Of a stretch of DNA of 64,000 nt, positions 61,548 to 64,000 are shown piece by piece. The stretch is taken from the NCBI GenBank assembly GCA_964036045.1, contig OZ038378.1, positions 79,546,001-79,610,000 on the forward strand. Reading direction: 5' to 3'. Numbering within the stretch: the stretch's first letter is position 1; the number at the start of each line of letters is the position of its first letter. Source of the stretch: Eutreptiella sp. 'Long Island Sound 2002'. Taxonomy: Eukaryota > Protista > Euglenida. The translations under genes and the position numbers were made by a program. The notes under the pieces were generated by a model. It worked only from the letters and a program-made list of their open reading frames with translations. It ran no database searches and had not been told where the DNA came from.

Positions 61548-62860
61548 TTAGAGGCTGGAACTAGGTCTCTTCCGTGGTGGCCCCGCCGTGGTGCCGCCGT
61601 GGCGGCAGTGAGGACTGGGATGGCGAAGGCGCTGAGGGCGCGTCCGCCACTGGGTCAGAGGAGCTCCCCCCGGCGGCGCCGGCCGCAGCGTGAGGGGGGG
61701 GGGGGGGGGCGCAGAGCATGTCCGCCAATGACTTGGTGGCCTTAGGCTGAGGCAGCCGCCGACCCAGGGGGCGGATCGTCGCCGTGGCAATGCGCAGCTA
61801 CTCAAGGCCGCAGAGATGCGGCCGAAAACATGAGTGAGTGACGCCGGTGGGGGGCCGGTGGGGGGCGCTACTCTTCTGCTGAGGGTGGGGGGGGTGTGGG
61901 CATGAACCTCTCCCGGCTGCGGCAGGACGGCCCACCACACATCGGTGACCACAGGGAGGAGGGCGTGGACCGCATAGGCCACTTCTCGCCACGCCGCCTC
62001 AGGCCCAGGGTAGGGGGGTGGCTGGCGGGCGGGATCGTTGTCCCATACCCGGCCCCACCAGTCCACCCCCACGACGTGGGGCCTGCCGGCGGCCTTCTCT
62101 CCCTCAAAGAGGGTGAAGTGGTGGCGCGGACGAAGGAACCAGCAGGGAGGGGGGTCGTCCCACTGCTCGACGCGGTGAGGCCGGGTCTGCCGCCGCAGCG
62201 GCACGCCCGTCTCCTCCCGCCACATGGGCGCCAGGTACAGTGTCACGTGTACGGGAGGCAGCCGTTGCGGGGGTCCGGCAGGGGGGCGTGCGCGTAGAGG
62301 ACCTGGGACTGCAGGGCTTGGCCCATAGTGGCCCCCTTGGTCCCGAACTTGGGGCCGCCAGGGCGCTCGACGGCGGTGATCCAGACCCGTTCATCCTCGG
62401 GCCGGTGAACGCAGTGCCACCACCTCGAGGCTCCCGCCAGGAGGTCACGGAGGTGCAGGACCCCAGGGAGCAGCCCCACGAGGGGGGCAGGGCACAGTCG
62501 GTGTTGGCCCAGCCCCGCTGCTGGGGGCGGGCCGGAAACACCAGGGTGGCGTGGCGGTACAGCAGCGAACCAGGGCGAGGCCATGGTGCCGCCGCTAGTG
62601 CTCGGTGAGGGGGGGCGGGGGGGCCGGGGCCACATGCCCGCGTCCCCGTCCCTAGCCTCGCCCCCGTCCACGTCCTCTTGGTCCACGCGCCATGTGCGAA
62701 AAAGGCTGGCTGCAGGTCGAAAGGGGGCCAGGGCCGGCCGCCGGGGGGCTGGGGCTGGGGTGGAGGGGAAGGAGGCCCTGACCCGTTGCGTCTCCCGCCC
62801 CCCTCGCTCCCCGGTCAGGAAGCGCCTGTCTCCCGCTGGCTCCCCGGGCCCCTGCATTCC
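61548..62860 (-). other. GC-rich degraded coding-like fragment of unknown mobile origin
   Basis: Long overlapping open frames with composition like the LINE at 31.6-34.1 kb; no diagnostic motif. Confidence 0.25.
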
Positions 62861-62931
62861 CCTGAGGGGGTGTGGCAGCACAACGCACAAAACAACTACA
62901 AAGCACACTACATTAAGCACAAATTGCACGT

Positions 62932-63710
62932 GTGAACCGCAATTACGCACAGGCAGCCATCCTGAACAAAGATGTGGAACGGGTTGCATCTGGATTGAAC
63001 ATACCACTGTGTCGACCTGCCAATGTCACTGCCCCATACATGACCCGTGTACAACGTTCATCCATACAACAGATCGTCAACCGCATGATCCAACACACAC
63101 ACAACGGTCATCTTGGGAGCGGCAGGCCATTCGCACACGCATCCCAGTTATCCCCTCTGCACCCCTCAATGTCCGCCGAGCTTTCGAACGCTTGGCAAAC
63201 AAACACGACAAGGGCACAGTCCGACCCACGTGCTTCTGCAACACAGAGCATTTGCCAATTTGGCGACAATGAGGTACCGTAAGTCTGGTTGATGGCCACT
63301 ACGCACTGCTACCGGTCAACATCGAACATGAAGGGGCACCACTACGCGCCACACACCGCGTGCCCTGTTCCGGCATGCGCTCCCGCGAACATGCCATCAG
63401 CAATCTCACACAGTTAGCACGCACACTACACATACAACACGCGTTTCCTTTCCATGTCCTCACCCAACACCTGCCTACAATTGACCGGCAGGCTCCAGCG
63501 ACCTTGCGCCACCGCATTCAGAATATTGCTCACGGCCTTAGCTCTTTGGCATGCATCCGGGTGGCAGACAAAAGCAGTACCATGATGTTCGCGTTTTGTC
63601 GCCAATGGGTATGGGATCAAACGGCACAATTTCTGGTTTCCGAAAAGTACGATCCCCAACCCCTCACAGACAGTACACGCATTAGTGCATCGTTTGTGTT
63701 GACAAAATAG
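62932..63710 (+). pseudogene. Penelope-like RT N-terminal remnant
   Basis: LACIRVADKSSTMMFAFCR resembles the PLE IKPADKG motif that precedes the RT core. Confidence 0.4.
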
Positions 63711-64000
63711 GCCCAAAGCAAGAACACGGGTGATAGATGAAAGCCGGAAGGATTAGTCTATCATGGATGTCATTGGAACTGCTGAACATTGCTGCACATG
63801 CATACCAGGACGTAGCAGCAACAAGCAGCTGAAGCCTCCCGCAACCATTAAGAAGCCCCCGAGAACATTTCTGGTTAGGGTGCATTGGAAAGGGGCAGCC
63901 CCCTCCCCCAACTAGGGGGTAGGAGCTTTGAACCGGCGGGTGCAGCGCCCTTCCCCAAGGGTGGGGGCACTGTGCATTTGAGGTATGATGCTTGGGATGT

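Noticed and set aside
1-64000. Assigning the host to euglenids and linking the oxygenases to base J
   Set aside because: Plausible, but nothing in the sequence identifies the organism and no JBP-specific domain was seen.

Overview
Eukaryotic, transposon-saturated DNA with no recognisable host gene, rRNA, tRNA or CRISPR array. The host is unknown; a protist is my guess. The main content is a set of related multi-gene DNA transposons, here called A, B, C, E and E2. They encode a Transib/RAG1/CMC-type DDE transposase (D...D, CxxC, D-x-x-H, H-x4-H, E) plus a 2OG-Fe(II) dioxygenase-fold protein and, in A, B and C, a coiled-coil protein. Genes are separated by arrays of short palindromic motifs that differ between families. 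In A, B and C the reconstructed gene order is oxygenase > coiled-coil gene > transposase. The elements are nested: C sits in the E2 oxygenase, B sits in the C transposase, and a P-like element (8-bp TSD) sits in the E transposase. An inversion of about 9 kb (~11.75-20.7 kb) scrambles the left cluster. Also present are a frameshifted piggyBac, a 5'-truncated LINE, a hAT pseudogene, Penelope-like remnants, a foldback-like inverted-repeat region and several minisatellites. All family assignments come from motifs read by eye, not from database searches.
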